From the human T2T-CHM13v2.0 reference genome, Homo sapiens, in assembly GCF_009914755.1 (NCBI RefSeq), contig NC_060928.1: 64,000 nucleotides of DNA, one strand, 5' to 3'. A model generated the notes under the pieces. The model searched no databases, was not told where the DNA came from, and saw only the letters and a list, made by a program, of their open reading frames with translations. Both the position numbers and the translations under genes were made by a program. Within the stretch, counting starts at the first letter, position 1; every line of letters starts with the position of its first letter. Below, piece after piece: positions 14,356 through 27,694 of this stretch.

Positions 14356-15700
14356 TTTCTGCATTCTTTTTCATCAACTTAAAAAAAACGACACTCTTCC
14401 TCCCACTCTAAGCATTCCTGAAGCATACTTGCCAATGAGTTACACTTCGGGAACTTCAGTTATTACCTAGCAAACAAAGTTTGCAAGATTTCCACAAGAG
14501 GAAAAGAGAGGGTAGAACTGGTAAACTTTGTTTATAACCACTGTCAAGTCATTAACCAACAACAAAGAAAAGCTTTAATCCATCCTTTTCTATACCATTC
14601 ATTTCTTTCCATGTTCTCTTCTCGTATTTGTCCATGTGAATCTGTACATTTTATATATCAATAAATTATATATTGGGATTTTTCTCTGATTATAAAATAA
14701 ATATACGTCCATTACAGAAAACAAGATAAGATTCAAACACCATGGAAATAAATTATATAGAAAGGGAATATCTCCTGTAACTCTACACACAAAGAGCTCT
14801 AATACCTTTAAACTGATCAAGCTTCTTACTTCCTGCCCAGTTGTGTGACTTGACCTTCCACCCTCTATGCCCTTCCTCTCTCCCAGCTCTCATCTAATGT
14901 CTGGAGTTAATGACCCACTCCTAACAGGGGTCCAGGAACCCTGGAGCCTGGTTATTAGAGGAACTAGAGTCACTCTCCCTTTATTAAAAATTATTTCAAT
15001 GGGATAACAACTCCTCACTGACTCACTTAAAGGTTAATGAGGCTGAGTTTTGTGAGCCTCTTGAAAGCAAAATGCACTAAAAACACCAAATGGGATTGGT
15101 TTCCTTTGCTCTCTGCCCCATCGCAGCTTGCCAAGAAAAAAGAAAAAAAAGCTCATGATCCTGCTAATGACACTGAGTAGACACATTTCACCAGCCACCA
15201 CTCCTGCTACTGCAGCAGCCAATCACAGGCATCTGTCCAACACAGTGACAGGGCTAACGTCAAATGAGAGTGAAAGTCGTATTCCAGAGACCAAGGGCTG
15301 CATTTCTCATCGAGGCGAGGAGACAAAGGCTGGGACACAGGAAAGGCTTGCCAAAATTTCACAAGGGTGGGCCTGGGAAGCAAAGCACAGGACCCCCTCC
15401 CCTGCAGCCTAGGTAGAGGTTTCTTTCTCAGACTATCTGTGTGCTCAAGAGCAGAAAGTCTCCCCGCAGAAAATGCTATGAAGTAGTTTCAAATGTCGAA
15501 TACACTTTACCCAAATCTAATCATTACCTTATCTGCTAACTAGACTGGCAGGGCCATAAAGTTAATTTTATGACAACCATTTTATAACAAATGAAAACTA
15601 TAAGGGAAGTAGGAATTGGGCAAAAAAAGAAGGGCATTGGACAAAGCAGTGACAAACCAGACAGGGAAACACAAAATCACCTCCAAATAATGCTCTAAAC

Positions 15701-16011
15701 CAGTGGTCTCCAGACAGCGTTCATGGAAGACAATTTTTCCACGGATGGGGTTGGGGATTGGGATGAAACTGTTCCAACTCAGATCAACAAGCAGTAGATT
15801 CTCATAGGGAGTGCACAACCAAGATCCCACACATGTGCAGTTCACAACAGGGTTCACAGTCCTGTGAGAATCAAATGCCACCACTGATCTGACAGAGGTG
15901 GAGCTCAGGTGGTAAAGGTCACTTGCCCGCCGCTCACCTCCTGCTCTATGGCCCGGTTCCTAATAGGCCACTGACCAGTTCAGGTCCGAAGCAGGGGGCT
16001 GGGGACCCCTG
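15701..16011. mobile_element. MER1B (hAT-Charlie MITE)
   Basis: CAGTGGTCTCC...GGGGACCCCTG termini, TCATGGAAGACAATTTTTCCACGG core, near-perfect 8-bp TSD CTCTAAAC. Confidence 0.85.
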
Positions 16012-16769
16012 CTCTTAAACGAAGACCTCTCTCCTCGAATGGCTGCATCACAGATCTCTAGACTGGGACAAGAAGGACCCGATAGACAACCAGAGGGTGA
16101 CTGCAGCTCTCTCATTTTACAGATGGGAAAACAGGCCCAGAGACATAACTGACTTTTTCCAGGTAACACAGTGAATTGAAGTAAGGGACAAGCCAGCCCC
16201 AAAGGCAAGTCTTTGGGGTCCCTGGTTAGTAGTCTTTCCTCCAAATCCCCCCAGACCCTTTATTATGGAGAGTCTGTTACTCTGCCTCTGACAAACCATT
16301 TCGGCTGAGAGAAATGCCGTCAACACATATCAGCATGCAGAATATGCACTAATAACACATTAAAATCAAAATGGCTAATCTGGGTTTATCTTCTGACATC
16401 TAATTTCATTTGTTGGTAGTGCAACATTATTGAAAATAAATGAACACAAAACAGTTTTAAAATCTGGATAGAACCTTCTTGAAAACATTCAAATCATTCT
16501 GAAGATATGCAGTTCCAATCAAATTTAATTCTAAATAACAAATCAAAGATGCTTTAAAAGAGAATGCTTACTGAATAATAATGGAATCAATTAAAGATAT
16601 TTTCATATAAGATAAAAGTTTAAAGCTCTATTGCTGTGAAATCACGAGCATCTACCTTTTCAGAGGGGTTTTCTTAGACAGCTGACATTTATGCATAGAT
16701 GCTTACAGCATAAGATGATATATACAAAACCTTAATAGGATAATAGGACACATAAAAAGCACTGAACAG

Positions 16770-17578
<809 letters not shown>

Positions 17579-17644
17579 GGTATTGTCTATTTTTAAAATG
17601 AAATTGAAAAAGGTACAGAGACACGACATACCATTTTTCTTATT

Positions 17645-17801
17645 TTTTCCTTCAACTTTTAAGTTCCAGGTACGTGTGCAGGATGTGCAGATTTGTTACA
17701 CAGGTAAACATGTGCTATGGTGGTTTGATGCACAGATCAACCCATCACCTAGGTATTAAGCCCAGTATCTATTAGCTATTCTTCCTGATGCTCTCCCTTC
17801 C
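17645..17801 (-). mobile_element. L1PA (older primate) 3' end fragment
   Basis: GTGCAGGATGTGCAGATTTGTTACACAGGTAAACATGTG...CCCATCACCTAGGTATTAAGCCCAG. Confidence 0.85.
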
Positions 17802-18108
17802 ATTTTTCTTAAAAGATAAATTTAGATATCCAGTACTCAGGATAGTCCACACACATCATTATTCTAATATTATGACAAGGCTTTCAGTATTCATTCCTGT
17901 GGTAACAGAAAAATAAAAGAATTCAATGTTCATATGCTGTTTTTCTGGTGGCAGGAAAAGAAAACAGTCATCAAAAGGTTGAAACATGACAAAAAGTACC
18001 AGTTTAAAAATATTTTATGTTTGTACATGTGGATTCTTACAATATATGCAATAGTTTTTTCCCAAGTAATTTTGGAGTCAGTATTCACATTACTCCAGCT
18101 AAGTGTAA

Positions 18109-18315
<207 letters not shown>

Positions 18316-19199
18316 TGAAGGTGAATTTATTCAGTTAAAAGTATCCATTAGAAGAGGGAATAAAAGCATAGGACCTAAAAACCTTCTGTGGAAAGGATCT
18401 CAACTTTAGAGTCGTCTCTCAAAGGCTCTCAGCAAATATCTAGAGACGTGGTTACATCCAGTTTACGAAGACTGTCGGTGACTTCGGGGTCATACAGTAC
18501 ATGGACAACGAAAGAACAGCAATTGAAATCTTGTACTTGTACCCCACCACCTTCCGCCCTATGATCAACCCACTGTACTCTACTGCCACCTGTGTTCTCT
18601 CGGCATTTCCCCAGCCTGGAGGTTTCCCCATTCTCGCCACAAATACCATCCTTCACGAACGATGCCATTTCTAGGATGTTGCAAGTTATGATAAACAACT
18701 GTTGAACAAATATTGCTTACAAGCTACAAGTTGAAAACGAGAAGGTTGCTACCTAAGTTCATGAAGAAATCCCCTTTCAAGGATTCCATCTGTTCCTAAA
18801 AGGCCAGCCACACAAATTCTAATACTCTGCATTATTATGGCCATTTGGGGACAAGATTTTAAATCTGAAACCATGACAAGAAAAAAAAAAAAGCAAGATT
18901 TAAGAGAGTAAACTCCAGAAACAACAGATCAAACTGCCATTGTGTTTGTTTTTTTTAAATCAGTGAAATATTAAAACAAATGATAAACCCATGCCAACCT
19001 CACAAAGTTTCCTCATTCCTTGGAATTCAAACACCACCGATGGCATCATTTTATGATAATCCTTTGGGTATTTCACGTAAGTAATTAGACACAATGTAAA
19101 GCCAGTGACTGAGGGACTTAAACAAACTGTCCCCTCCGAGAGCCCAGTTGGAGCTTCCGACACTGACCTTATTCTCCTCTCAATTTTAACCCTCCTCAA

Positions 19200-20680
19200 C
19201 CACTCAATCCATCCAAAAACGTCTGTGACAGTCGTGGCTCTAAAACCGCGCAGAACTTGACTACAGAACGGTCGGTGACAACTCCACATATGATTTATCC
19301 AAATTAATTTATTTTTTTGAATTCTAGTCCCATGCTCCCTCGGCTGTTTGCCCCGAACCCGTAGTCTACACCACTTCACCGACGTGAAGACCACCTTTCA
19401 TTGTTTCTATGGGTCTCAGCATCCTTCCCTCCGTCCAGCTCTGTTCTCGCCGCACAAATGTCATTTCTAGCGTACCACCCTCCATTCCGCCCGGTGGGCA
19501 GCGCAGGGGCTTTCGGGTCCCAGTGGCCAGTTTCCTGGAGTCGGTCCCCTATGCACAGCCATTTTCTAGTTAAACGCTCTCTCTGCCACCGAGGGGGAAA
19601 AGGAACTTTTCCCCCCTTTCATGTCTCATGGGCTGGCCTCTGAACCCCTCGTGGAGAAGCCAACCCCGGCTCCAACTCCCCGGCAGGAGCGCGCTGCCGC
19701 CCAGGAGAGACAGCCGAGCGGCACAGCGGAGGCCGGTGCCAGGACAAGGGGGTGTGCGCTCTTCCCGCAGGCGCCCACCCTCACTTTTCCCCTCTGCAGT
19801 CCCCACCCGGGCGCACCGCCTCCAACCCGGTCTCCCCCGCCCCAGGCCCTGCCAAGCCGGGGCTGCTGAGGGAAAGAGGGCGCCGGGAAGCGGGAGGGAT
19901 GGAAGTCAAGGAGAGTGAGCCCGCAGTCGCCGTGCTACTGGCCCTGCGGCGCGGGCGCAGGGCGCACGGGACTCCGCAGCAGGCGCCCCGCTGCAGATGC
20001 CGCGGCAGCTGCTGCAGGTGTGGCTGCGGCTGAGCGGGCAGCAGTGGCCGCGGAGCCCCGGGGCCGGGAGCAGAGGAGAAGCCGCCGGGGGAACCCGCAG
20101 CCGCTCGCCGCACGCTGCTGCCGCTACCCGGGTGTTTCCCCAGCACTCTCGTGCTGCCCCGGAATCCGGGGCAAAGGCAAGGAAGAAAGCTGGGCTCACC
20201 AGTGGTGCGCGCGGCGCTCGCCTCGGCTCCGGCGCCCAGCGGCTCTGCTCCAGTCTCGCCCTTCCCGGAGCGCCCAGATCAGATGCGGTTACAGCGCACT
20301 AGCTTCCTACTTGAGACCAGAACGGGCTCCGGCAACTGAGCATGCTCAGTGCCGTTCCGCGAGTCCCGCGCAGGGAGCGGCGCTGACGAGATTCCACTTC
20401 TCCAGGCTTTGGCAGCGGCTGCGCGAGGGAAGGCTGGAGGGACCCGGCGGGGAGGGGGCCGAATGGGAGAAAGGCGGGGCCGGGGGGTGGGGGCCGGGCA
20501 GAAGGAGGCGGGCCGCGCTCCCAGGGCGACCCCTGCAGGTGGAGGCGGCAGGGCCTGCGGGAGGCACCCTCCCCAATCGCCTGGGAACACGCAGGGAGGC
20601 AATGGGTCCCCCAGTAAGACCCAAAGGCAGGACGTGCAGTGCAGCCCGGGTATCCCCTCCGTGTGGCTGGTGTCTGTCTG
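19200..20680. promoter_or_regulatory. APBB2: CpG island / main APBB2 promoter
   Basis: Very high GC and CpG density; Sp/KLF GC boxes (GGCGGGG) at about 20445-20515, upstream of the minus-strand exon. Confidence 0.9.
20200..20410 (-). other. APBB2: APBB2 non-coding first exon (5'UTR); TSS approximate
   Basis: Minus-strand donor CTG|GTGAGC (GT at 20199-20198) in the CpG island, GC boxes upstream; identity by synteny with UCHL1. Confidence 0.75.
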
Positions 20681-21097
20681 CACCAAAAGGCAGTTGGGTT
20701 ACCTTAGCCCTGGCTTTTCTCCCACACGCCAGCATTCCCTTGCAATAGGAAAATGTCCCCACAGGAGAGCTGCCCACACCCACCCAGGCTAACTGCAAGT
20801 TGTAGGCGACACCTTCTCCTTCCTTCTACCTCCTATCCCCACCCCCAGGCATATGCCGCACACACACTCTTCTTTGATCCGGAAATCACAAGATAATATC
20901 AGGGGAGAAATACAACTGCCGGAGAGGAAAAGGAGGTTTTCCTTTCCATTGCCAATAATATTATCTATAACTCTAATTGTAAGCGTGCAAACAAAGCCCT
21001 GATAAGAGTCGAGTCTCAGTAAACGGTAAACCGTGCTCTGCCCCAGACGCTGTGAATGACATCCCCAAAGTATCCTTAGGATTGCTCTTCACCAGGG

Positions 21098-21285
21098 CAG
21101 CGGTTGTCAAACTGGAGCCTGGATCAGAATCGCCTGGAGGGTTTGCTGAAGTACAAATCCCTGAGTCCCAATCTGTGTCTCTGAATGGGTAGATATGTGG
21201 TGGGGCCCAAGCATCTGTATATCTAACAAGTTCCCATGGGATGCTGATGCTGCTGGTGTGAGGACTATACACTTTAGAGAACCCT
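21098..21285. mobile_element. MER5A (hAT-Charlie)
   Basis: CAGCGGTTGTCAAACT...ATCAGAATCGCCTGGAG...TAACAAGTTCCCA...GATGCTGATGCTGCTGGT. Confidence 0.8.
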
Positions 21286-22214
21286 ACCCATACACACACA
21301 CACACACAGTCCTACCAAGGATCTCGAATTAAAAACTCACGTGATTCTTCCTATGAGGACTCTATGCAGTGGGGTGGGCATTACTTTATTCTTTCCTACA
21401 TGAGTTTATTAAGGATCCACGAGGTCTTGTACTAGGCCTGAGGATAGTGGTGAATTTAAAAGCCCAGGCCCCTGCTTTCATGGAATTTATAGTCCGGCCG
21501 GGTGACAGACACCTATCAAATAATCACTCAAAACGGTTATTTCAAACAGGTAGAGTGCTGGGAGGGAAATGCACAAGGTGCGAATAGAGTGTATAGAGGG
21601 ACCCTCATGCAGACTCAGTGAGGTTGTTACGAAGGGATGGGAGGGGGGCTGCCTTGTGGAAGGTGGTTTCTGACTTTTGCACTCCAATAACCTCTCCAAT
21701 TAACAATTATCTCCCTCAGACCGAGCTGGAGGCCAGCAATCATGTCCCTCCTTCCTACAACATAAAAACAATACTGTCACAGAGAAATCCCTATAAATTC
21801 ATGAAAAGTGTTTACTCTTGGGACTGAGTCTCTGCACCCCAAGATCCACCTAACACGTCCGTGGACCAAGGACAGTCGAGGGCCACAGTAGACCTCTTGG
21901 GGAAAATACAGGCTCTCTGAACTGGAGAGCCTGTGGTTCTTAGTCTGTGATCTTCAAGGCCAAAGAGGCAAGGAAACCAGCCCAAGACCACCATTCCCGT
22001 CAGGAGCGGAGATCGACCAGCCTCCAACCTTGCAGACGGGTCCTCTTTCCAAGGCACTCTATTCCCGGACCTCACAGCTCCCCTCAGATCCCCGGAACCC
22101 GGCCTGGCCACCCCGCTCTCTCTCGGGGGTCCGGGGTAGGTGAGCGGAGCCTGCCCCTCCCAGGTCGGTCTCTTCCCGACGGAGAGGAAAACCCGCGGTG
22201 GAGTCCGCGGCGGC

Positions 22215-22243
22215 GGGGGGGGGGGGGGGGGGGGGGGGGGGGG
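22215..22243 (+). repeat. G29 homopolymer (G-quadruplex-prone)
   Basis: 29 consecutive G followed by CGGGG. Confidence 0.95.
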
Positions 22244-22352
22244 CGGGGCGGCGCGCGCAGGCGCAGAGGCCGCCAGGTTGGGCCGAGGAGGCGCCCTGCT
22301 CCACACCTGATGCAATCAGCCTTCCGGAAACGGGTCCCGCTGCCGCGCTCAC

Positions 22353-22500
22353 CCAGGAAACACTTCCGCGCCCTCCTCTGGCCGCTGAGCTCCCGGGGAC
22401 GGGTTCCCAAACTCCCCCGGCCCGACTTCGCCACGGGCGGTGTTCTGCGCCCCGTCGGGGATACGCCGGAGAAGTCGGGAAGTCACTGCCTGGGCACACA
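22353..22500 (-). other. APBB2: Putative alternative non-coding first exon of APBB2
   Basis: Minus-strand donor TGG|GTGAGC (GT 22352-22351) in the CpG island; 5' end approximate. Confidence 0.5.
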
Positions 22501-23515
22501 AAATCCCTGAAATGCCCTGACAGTGACGTCGAAACGGCCACCAAGCGTTGCGCAGCTGCAGGAGGAAATTCCCTTAATTATGAATTTACAGAGGGGACTG
22601 ATCGGGGCCGGAGGGAAGGCTTTGACCCTTCCCTTGCTTCCTTCCTTCGTCCGCCTCCCAACACATTGTCTCTCTCACTGAAAGGAACGTTTAACAGCAG
22701 TTTTAAGGCAGTATGGAGAGGAATCTCCATGCCCTCTGTCTTGCTAAATATGTAACAGCACTTTAGCTTTGCTACATAAAGCTTTCCCACCGCGCGCTCA
22801 TTTTATAAATACGTAATTGGTTTCTGCATACCTCATCATTTCAGTTTACAAAGAAAATCATTTCTCGTTTCACCACTTCATGCAATTTTTATATCTATTG
22901 TGAGTGGGTTTTTTTCTTCATGCTGACTCACCCATTAATTGTTTTCCAAGGAAATGAAATATCCAAGAATATTCCAAGAGCATGTTTTTTAAAGCATGGA
23001 AGTAAACGCTGTGAACAGTAGATAAAACTGACCTCTCTTAAGTCCCTTAAGGCCAAAGGTCCTCCTAGGGAGTTGGGGGAAGGAGGCAGATCCAAGGAAT
23101 TTTATTTGGAAGGATACCTCAAGACCATTCTAGAATCAAATCAAGATCAACTCTTAGACTTTACAGATGACATTTACCTCTCTGTGGCCCAGAGAAATAA
23201 ATGACTTCTTTATTTAGACAAACCAAAGGCAGAACTGGCACTTGAAGCCAGATTTCTCAAAATTCCAATCTAATGGGGAAAAAAAAATGTTTTTTGCACA
23301 AACACCGTAGGGAGTGCAATACTATATTACAATGCAGTTTTACAATCCAAAGATTACAAAATACAAAATAGGTGACAACAAAAGGGATCCTATTACTTGT
23401 TCCTGTGACGTCATTAGTCTTTAAATAGTCCATGATCAACAAATATCCAGCCACTTCTAAGTGGCATTGAATAGCCAGAGTCTAGGAATTAAATATTTCA
23501 ATTAAACAGGTATGA

Positions 23516-23685
23516 GTCAGGTGCAGTGGCCCAAGCCTGTAGTACCAGCTACTGGGGAGGCTGAGGCAAGAGGGTACATGAGGCTGGACGTTCAAAGTTG
23601 CAGTAGGATCTTGCCTGTGAATAGCCACTGCACTCCAGCCTGAGCCACACAGCAAGACCTCATCTCAAAACAAAACAAAAAAAAC
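23516..23685 (+). mobile_element. FAM-type Alu monomer
   Basis: CTGTGAATAGCCACTGCACTCCAGCC (FAM diagnostic) plus A-rich tail. Confidence 0.8.
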
Positions 23686-24624
23686 AGTATAACTACAAAA
23701 CATCAAGAAATCTTCTGTGCCAACATTAAGAACTTCTAGTATTATTATTTGATTGTGTGGTATATGTGCAACGGTTTGAGCTTAAACCAAGGGAATTTTA
23801 ATGATCACAACAAAATATCACGGTCATGATTTTCTTCTGTAATGATTTTAAATACTTTAACAATTTAGTAATCAAAGTGAAATAAAAAACAACTCAAAAC
23901 TCATGCCTGCAATAAGATAAAATCTAATTCTTCAAAACTCTGTCTACCTTCTTATCTTGAGGAATGAATTTCTTTTTGGAATGTTCTGACAGAGATCTGG
24001 AGGAACACCTTCTATTGAAGCAAAAATAGAGTTGAGTAAATGTCAAAATGCAGAGGTACAAAATACACACTGTCACACGGTACTAGTTTTAGAATAGCTA
24101 ACTCTTACTGACTATTTAGCATGTGCCAGATACTGGCTAAGCATTTTCCATAGGTTATTTAACTCAATCCTCACAACTACCCTATAAATGAAGCACTATT
24201 ATTATCCCTATTTTATGGATAGGGAAAGTGAGGCTTGCAAATGTGAAGCAGCTAACTCAAGGCACAAAATATTCATTGGCAGAACTGGGATTTGAACCCA
24301 GGCAGTTTTCCTGGAGCTTGAGCTCTTAAATAATACTATGTATGGAAAAATGTAAATACAGAGAAAATGACTATAATGATTCTCAGATAAGAAAGGAGAG
24401 GGAGTATTGTACTTACTCTCCTAAAGATAAAACATAGTGAAATAAGTTTGTAGTCCACACTAGGAAAAAACCTTTTGCTAGCTAATAAATTATGGTCCCC
24501 AAATATAGGACCAATATTACCCAGAGGTATGAGGCAGATGATCAAATATCGAGTGATTTTTCAGGGGTACCAGCAAGGCCTCTTCTCTGATGAACCCTCT
24601 ACGCCTGACTGGTTTCTCTAGTCC

Positions 24625-24830
24625 TAAACCATCCAATATGGCAGTCACTAGCCACATATGCTTATTTAATCTGAAATCGCTTAAAATCAGTTAGAATTAA
24701 CTCTTCGGTTCCTCTTTCATACTAGCCACATTTCAAGTGCTCAGTAGCATATGGCCTAATGACTACTGTATTGGATAATGTAAGTAAAAAGCATTTGCAT
24801 CACTGCAAAAAATTGTATTCAACAGTGCTG
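24625..24830. mobile_element. MER3/MER33-like hAT element
   Basis: CACTAGCCACAT...ACTAGCCACATTTCAAGTGCTCAGTAG...ACTGTATTGGA. Confidence 0.7.
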
Positions 24831-26887
24831 CTCTGGGCCTTAATGTCATTAGGGCAATCCTTTAATCTCTCTTCATACTGCACTATTCCTGGGAGGACCA
24901 TGTTTCCATGGTCTACCTTCCCATTGAGCTTCAGTCCTATTTTTCCAAACTAAAATTATTATTAGAGTGTAGAAAGGTACAAAGAGGTACAAAGCATAAA
25001 GTCCCCTACTATCATGGAAAGAATAGGGGCACTGGAGTAAGACCTTATTTCACATTCCAGCTCTTAGTAGTTGTGTGACCTTGGGCAAGCTACTTTACCT
25101 CACTGAATCTCACTTTTCTTATCTGCAAAATGGGCATGTTAATTTTTTCATTATAGGTTTATTTAAGATTAAATAACATATGTAAAGCTTCTGGTAGGCC
25201 TCACATAGGATGATTTCCTTCCTTCCACTCCTATTTCAGTTAATGACATTCCCCAATTACTCAGGTTTCTAAACTAGAAATCTCAGTCATCTTCAATTCT
25301 TCCTTCCTCCTCAACCACCCGCATTAAATTAATCACCAAGCCCTTTTGCTCCCAACTCAGGAATGCCTGCCTCTCAAATGTGGGCCTGCCTCTCTGTCCT
25401 CACTGTCCACTGTCCTCACTGTCTTTTCATGCATATTTCAGAATCCTGCTAACCAACCTTGATGACACCCATCACTCCCAGTCCAAGCCCTTTCTTCACA
25501 CCGCTGCCAGAGTGATCCTTCTAAAAAAAGGTGCTGATGATGTCATTCTTCTCCTTTAAAACCGCTGATGACTTCCAGTTGCTTAAAGATAAAATCTTAA
25601 CTACTAAACTGAAGGACACATAATCAAACTCCATCACTCCATCACTGCTGCTTGTTTGGTTGGTAATAAAAAGAAAATTAAAAATATAACAACCCTTATT
25701 CCATTTCAAAAATATATTTGGATTCCTCTACTACCAACCTCTTTTTTCAGCCACCCCGTCCCCAGCTCATACCTCTCCCTCTACCCAACCCCCACTACAC
25801 CCACACGCCAGCAACTTATGCCCATGAGGCATTCCTGCAAGCACGTAGTGGCCTTTCCCGACTCTGCCCTTGCACACAAATCTCAGGCTGGACTAACACT
25901 TTTACATATTCTTTATCTGGCAGAATTTTACTTACTCTCTAAGGTCCAGTTCAGATATCACTTCTTCTATAAAAGCTCCTTCAACTCCTTCAGGGAAAGG
26001 TGGACACCAGCTCATCTGTGATGCCATAGATTTGAGATAGATTGTAGATGCCGTATTTGGGCTACCTGGGTTTAAATCCTGGCTGCATCACTCTCCCACT
26101 GCTAGTTTTGGGCAGACGACTTAAACTCTTCACCCCTCAGTTTCCTCATCTGAAAACAATGATAATCATAGCATGAATATCTTATTGTTGTTACCAAGCA
26201 TGTGAGATATTGCACGTGAAGCTCGTAACAATGTATCTGGCCCACAGGCAAGCACTCAATACAGATTATCTTCAAATTGTTCCCACTATTATTAATTATC
26301 CATCTTATCCTTTTGTCTCAATGTGAATTTTTTTTTACATTTTAAATAATTTTCAATTAAATTTTTATGTTTTACATTTACATTTGATTTTTATATTAAA
26401 TACAAGTATTTTATTACAGAAGTACTTCATTATTTATTGATTAAAATTTAGGAAATTCAGATGACATGCCAAAGAGATTACATTCTCTATTGTATGAGAC
26501 ATCTCTTGGTTACAAGCAAAAGGAACTCATTCTGGTTAACTTACCCAGAAAAAATAATTTCTGAGAGAGTTGTCAGGCAGCTCACTGTCTCAACCCAAAG
26601 ATGGAGAATCAGGTTAAGAAAAGGGTCGGGATCCATGGAGGACTGGCGGCAAATAACAGACAAGACCACGGCACAGTGTGTCACCAATGGCACAACCCCA
26701 TGGGCCACTTGCTGTGGCCACAGTTCCTGAACCTTTGCAACTTAGCTGAAGTAGGAAGAGCATCTTATCCCCTCTCCCACTCACCCACCCCACGATCTTT
26801 ACCTATATTTGGTCACACACAGGCCAACAAATCTTGCAGTTACAAACTTTGGTGCCTTTGCTTATGCCGTTCCTTTTGCCTGAAATA

Positions 26888-27143
<256 letters not shown>

Positions 27144-27365
27144 TCCTCACTTCTTGATTCCAGAGCTTGCCATATGTTTTTGTAGCACTTCACACATAGT
27201 ACAGTTAGATGTTGTATCATTCTTTGTTGCCATGCTGTAAATTCCTATCTTCAGCCACATCACAGAGAAGACACTTGATAAATATCTGTTTAGTGAATGA
27301 AAGGAAGAAAAAAATTAAATTAGTTTTTAAGGCACTGCACTAAGCACTTCACAAACATTAACTCA

Positions 27366-27694
<329 letters not shown>

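Larger units (their letters stand above)
21990..22660. promoter_or_regulatory. APBB2: Second CpG island / putative upstream alternative APBB2 promoter
   Basis: CpG-dense; ETS-type motifs (CTTCCGGAAA 22321, CACTTCCG 22361), CRE-like TGACGTCG 22524, minus-strand donor at 22352. Confidence 0.75.

Noticed and set aside
19570-20798. Overlapping long ORFs in the APBB2 CpG island, including 277 aa at 19915-20748
   Set aside because: GC-rich DNA lacks stop codons; mostly non-ATG starts and Ala/Arg/Gly/Pro low complexity on several frames
21812-22755. Poly-Pro/poly-Gly ORFs
   Set aside because: Produced by the G29 tract within a CpG island
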